From: Kofleriaceae bacterium
GTDB taxonomy: Bacteria; Myxococcota_A; Polyangia; Haliangiales; Haliangiaceae
NCBI GenBank assembly: GCA_046597055.1
Contig: JBKJLC010000299.1
Span: 1 to 10,468, forward strand
DNA length: 10,468 nt
Reading direction: 5' to 3'
Each line of letters begins with the position of its first letter. The first letter of the stretch is position 1. Positions 7,632-10,468 of the stretch are shown in pieces. A model generated the notes under the pieces. The model was not told the DNA's origin, searched no databases, and was given only the letters and a program-made list of their open reading frames with translations. The translations under genes were made by a program, and so were the position numbers.

Positions 7632-7763
7632 CTAACCAATCGTACTGGTGGGCGGCTTGGTTCTCACTGTTTGTGAGACCTGACCGGTGTCCGCTCCGCC
7701 TTGCGCCGCCGCGAGGTCCGAGCTACTGAGAGTACGAAGCGTAACGCTCGTCACTTTCAATCT
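7632..7763 (-). CDS. Short double-glycine-leader RiPP-like precursor peptide, apparently 5'-truncated (43 codons visible)
   Basis: Manual translation: RLKVTSVTLRTLSSSDLAAAQGG-ADTGQVSQTVRTKPPTSTIG*, TAG at 7634-7632. Leader fits the (K/R)LxLxxxTLRxLxxxxLxxxxGG pattern. No in-frame ATG; the frame runs into IS-like sequence at 7765 and meets TGA at 7775-7773. TTG 7760 or GTG 7754 are possible but lack an RBS. Confidence 0.72.
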   Translation of the reverse strand, partial: RLKVTSVTLRTLSSSDLAAAQGGADTGQVSQTVRTKPPTSTIG

Positions 7764-7764
7764 C

Positions 7765-7776
7765 GTAACCGTTCAC
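7765..7776. mobile_element. Possible first 12 bp of an IS66-family terminal inverted repeat
   Basis: GTAACCGTTCAC sits exactly between the broken precursor ORF and the IS21 end. IS66-family ends start with GTAA. Only 12 bp are visible. Confidence 0.4.
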
Positions 7777-7846
7777 TGCGTAGTTCACTGATGGCGATCA
7801 CCGAAACCAGCGCATCGCGATCACCGAAACCGCCGATGGCGATCGC
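7777..7846. repeat. IS21 right end: terminal inverted repeat plus tandem subterminal transposase-binding repeats
   Basis: GATGGCGATCACCGAAACC at 7790, CATCGCGATCACCGAAACC at 7813, partial GATGGCGATCGC at 7835; period 22-23 bp. Confidence 0.9.
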
Positions 7847-7873
7847 GGGAGCGGCGGAGACGGTGATCAGTAG

Positions 7874-8620
7874 CTACTTCTCGTTTTCCTGCTCCTCGGA
7901 CTTGCGTTTAGACGGACCTTTTAGCACGAGCTTGTGGGCGTTGTGGATGAGTCGGTCGCAGATCGCGTCGGCGTGAGTCGGGTCGGCGATGTGCTCGTGC
8001 CAGCGCTTGGGCGGCAGCTGGCTGGTCACGATGGTCGAGCGCGTGCCGTATCGATCCTCGAGTACTTCGAGCAGATCACGTCGCTCGATGTCGGTGATCG
8101 GCGCGATCGCCCAATCGTCGAGCACAAGCACGTCGGCGCGCGCGATCTTGGCGAGCAAGCGGGGATAGCTTCCGTCGGCGCGTGCGAGCGCGAGCTCGCC
8201 GAATAGCCGCGATGCTCGTCGGTAGATCGCACGGTAGCCTTTGCGGCATGCCTGCTGCGCGAGCGCGCACGCGATGTACGTCTTGCCGGTCCCGGTCATG
8301 CCGGTGATGAGCACGTTGTGGTGCTCGGCGACCCAGCGGCACGCGGCGAGCTGACGAAGCTGCGCGCGATCGATCTCGCGCTTCGGTGAGTACTCGATGT
8401 CTTCGACGCACGCGCTCGACAGCTTGAGCTTCGCATCGCGCAGGGCGGTGGTGAGCCGCTTGGTCTCGCGATGCAGCCACTCGGCGTCGACGAGCATCCC
8501 GAAGCGCTCGTCGAACGACAGGCCCGCGGTGTCGGGCTTCCCCTGCTGCTCGTTCCAAGCGGTGGCCATCGCGTCGAGTCGCATGGCCTTGAGTTTATCG
8601 ATCGTCGGTTCCTTCAGCAT
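7874..8620 (-). CDS. istB: IS21 helper AAA+ ATPase IstB
   Basis: Walker A GMTGTGKT, Walker B VLVLDD, TIVTSQLP, ADAICDRLIHNA, LKGPSKR; AGGAG RBS at 8636-8632. Confidence 0.96.
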   Translation of the reverse strand: MLKEPTIDKLKAMRLDAMATAWNEQQGKPDTAGLSFDERFGMLVDAEWLHRETKRLTTALRDAKLKLSSACVEDIEYSPKREIDRAQLRQLAACRWVAEHHNVLITGMTGTGKTYIACALAQQACRKGYRAIYRRASRLFGELALARADGSYPRLLAKIARADVLVLDDWAIAPITDIERRDLLEVLEDRYGTRSTIVTSQLPPKRWHEHIADPTHADAICDRLIHNAHKLVLKGPSKRKSEEQENEK

Positions 8621-8681
8621 GATCTTGATCGCTCCTGTGTTCGTGCCGCGAAGACGGCAGTGTCCGGGAATCGGACACTGC

Positions 8682-10244
8682 TCAGTGGTAGTAGTCCGAG
8701 CCGCGGATGTTCTCGTGGTCGAGCGGCGGCGGCGCCGCGCCGCTCGACGTGGTGTCCGGCAGCGGCTGCCGGTCGAGGCCGTTCCTCAAGATCGATTCGA
8801 CGTTCAGGTACGAGCGCGCGTTGGCGACGAGCGCGCGCTCGCAAGCGGCCTCGATGCGATCGGGCGTGTAGCGCTTGACGAGGCTCTTGATCCCGCGGCA
8901 CGAGCGATAGCCGTGTTCGGGGTGACGACGCTCGTCGAGGATCGCGCGCACGAGCGCGGACGTGCATGGGCCGATCAGCTTCGCCCACGCTTCGATCTCG
9001 ACGACCGATTCCTCGGCGTGCTTGCGATGCGACGCGGGCATATGCTCGGTGAGTGTCGTGGCGCCGCCGCGCTCGAAGCTCCGCACGTGCGACGCGACGC
9101 GGTTCGTGTTCAAGAAGACCTCGACGGTCGATGCGCTCCGTCGGCTCTCGACGTGCTCACCGACGAGCGTGTACGGCACCGAGTAGTGGTGCTCGTCGAC
9201 GCACACGTGGTAGTCGAAGCCGACCGTTGCGTACGACCAGTCGCCGTGCGTGAAGCGGTCGCTGCGTAGCGGCGCGAGCGCGGGACGATCGAGCTCGTCG
9301 AATAGCTGGCGTCGGCTCTTGCCGTAGCGCTTCATCACACGGCTGTTGAGGTCGACGAGCAGCAGCGCGATCTGCTCGTTCAGCTCCGCGATCGAGAAGC
9401 AGGTGACGTTGCGCAGCCGCGCCAGGATCCAGCGCTGTGCGATCAGCACGCCGCCTTCAACCTTCGCCTTGTCGCGCGGCTTGCCAGGTCGCGCCGGCAG
9501 GATCGTCGTCGCGTAGTGCTGCGACCACTCCTCGTACGTGCGCTGGATCGCCGGCTCGAACCGACTCGCGATGACGACGCCCGACTTCAGCTGATCCGGA
9601 ACGAACGCGCGCGGTACGCCGCCGAGGTGCGAGACCAGCCGCACGTGGCTGGCGATCCAGTCCGCCGACTGCTGCGACCCGGTCACCTCCGCGTACGTGA
9701 AGTTCGACGCGCCCATCACGGCGACGAACAACTCGACCTCGACGCGCTCGCCGTTGCTGGGGTCGACGATCGACGGCTTCTTGCCGGAGTAGTCGACGAA
9801 GCACTTCTCGCCGGCCTTGTGGACCTGGCGCATCACGACCTTCAGCCGCTGCGCCCACGTGTTGTAGAAGGCGACGTACTGCGTGTAACCGTAGCCGTCG
9901 GGATGCGCGTGGAGGTACTCCTCGTGGAGGAGCCGCAGCGTCACGCCGTGTCGTCGCAGCTCGATGTGGATCTGCGCCGGATCCGGCTTGGGCTTCGTGG
10001 GCGACAGCATTGATGACGCCGTCGCTGCCGCTCGGTACAGCTTACGGTCGAGCTCGTCGTCGCTGAGCGCCTCGACCGCCTCCCAGTTCTCGATGCCGGC
10101 CGCGTTCGCTCGCTTGGCGACGTCGCTCGGCGTGCCGGTGCCGATGGCCAGGGCGCGCGCGATCTCGCGGTGGCTGCGTCCCTGCTGCCACTTCAGTCGC
10201 AAAATTTCTCGGGTCTTCCGCATGGACAGTCGCTCCGTTGGCAT
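8682..10244 (-). CDS. istA: IS21 DDE transposase IstA
   Basis: N-terminal HTH (SHREIARALAIG), DDE residues in FVDYSG, VPDQLKSGV and KAKVEGGV, HYSVPY, C-terminal HENIRGSDYYH; AAGGAG RBS at 10254-10249. Confidence 0.97.
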   Translation of the reverse strand: MPTERLSMRKTREILRLKWQQGRSHREIARALAIGTGTPSDVAKRANAAGIENWEAVEALSDDELDRKLYRAAATASSMLSPTKPKPDPAQIHIELRRHGVTLRLLHEEYLHAHPDGYGYTQYVAFYNTWAQRLKVVMRQVHKAGEKCFVDYSGKKPSIVDPSNGERVEVELFVAVMGASNFTYAEVTGSQQSADWIASHVRLVSHLGGVPRAFVPDQLKSGVVIASRFEPAIQRTYEEWSQHYATTILPARPGKPRDKAKVEGGVLIAQRWILARLRNVTCFSIAELNEQIALLLVDLNSRVMKRYGKSRRQLFDELDRPALAPLRSDRFTHGDWSYATVGFDYHVCVDEHHYSVPYTLVGEHVESRRSASTVEVFLNTNRVASHVRSFERGGATTLTEHMPASHRKHAEESVVEIEAWAKLIGPCTSALVRAILDERRHPEHGYRSCRGIKSLVKRYTPDRIEAACERALVANARSYLNVESILRNGLDRQPLPDTTSSGAAPPPLDHENIRGSDYYH

Positions 10245-10386
10245 CGCGCTCCTTTTTCAGGAGCGCCTTGGAGGCACCGTCCTCGCCGCGTCGCCCGGTC
10301 GACGCTCACCTGAGCGTCAAGCCTGCCTGACCCCCCTGATCAGCTCAGGGGATCGCTCCGGGTGGCCGGACCACCGATCGCGATGA

Positions 10387-10468
10387 ACCGGCGTCGGTGA
10401 TCGCCATCGACCGGTTTCGGTGATCGAGATGGACCGGTTTCCGTGATCGCGATCGGGTGAATTTCGCA
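10387..10468. repeat. IS21 left end: three tandem 23-bp subterminal repeats plus terminal inverted repeat
   Basis: ACCGGCGTCGGTGATCGCCATCG (10387), ACCGGTTTCGGTGATCGAGATGG (10410), ACCGGTTTCCGTGATCGCGATCG (10433), then GGTGAATTTCGCA; inverted relative to the repeats at 7790-7846. Confidence 0.92.

Larger units (their letters stand above)
7777..10468 (-). mobile_element. IS21-family insertion sequence, about 2.7 kb, apparently complete
   Basis: istA-istB pair with TG...CA termini. Right end TGCGTAGTTCACTGATGGCGATCACCGAAACC (from 7777) matches the reverse complement of the window end, TGCGAAATTCACCCGATCGCGATCACGGAAACC. Target duplication cannot be checked because the window stops at the terminus. 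Confidence 0.95.

Noticed and set aside
10290..10320. Minus-strand TTGACG (10320-10315) as a sigma70 -35 box for istA
   Set aside because: No plausible -10 hexamer 16-18 bp downstream.
8397..10386. Plus-strand ORFs inside the IS (8397-9269, 9516-10013, 9964-10386)
   Set aside because: Antisense shadows of istA/istB with no recognisable motifs.
10387..10455. Tandem 23-bp repeats (also 7790-7846) as a CRISPR array
   Set aside because: Repeats abut with no unique spacers, occur inverted at both ends of istAB, and no cas genes are present; they are IS21 subterminal repeats.

Overview
GC-rich, myxobacteria-like window (taxon inferred from gene types) made of three blocks. (1) 1-4612, very high GC: the end of a tightly coupled + strand operon (JmjC/cupin oxygenase, 5'-partial; 2OG-Fe(II) oxygenase; a fusion of a class I isoprenoid-synthase/prenyltransferase-like domain with a class II terpene-cyclase-like domain). 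It converges on a minus-strand FHA-domain sigma54 activator that has a candidate -24/-12 promoter. (2) About 4930-7776, mostly lower GC: a short ISAzo13-like transposase scrap, a probable lipoprotein S9 prolyl oligopeptidase, and upstream of it, past two stem-loops, a short ORF missing from the ORF track that encodes a double-glycine RiPP-like precursor (..RLKVTSVTLRTLSSSDLAAAQGG|ADTGQVSQTVRTKPPTSTIG). Its 5' end appears to be cut off by an insertion. (3) 7777-10468: an apparently complete IS21-family element (istA, istB, both ends) sitting 12 bp inside what looks like an IS66-type terminus. The best candidates for new biology are the hidden precursor/peptidase module and the oxygenase plus prenyltransferase-cyclase operon. 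All family assignments come from motif recognition by eye, not database searches.
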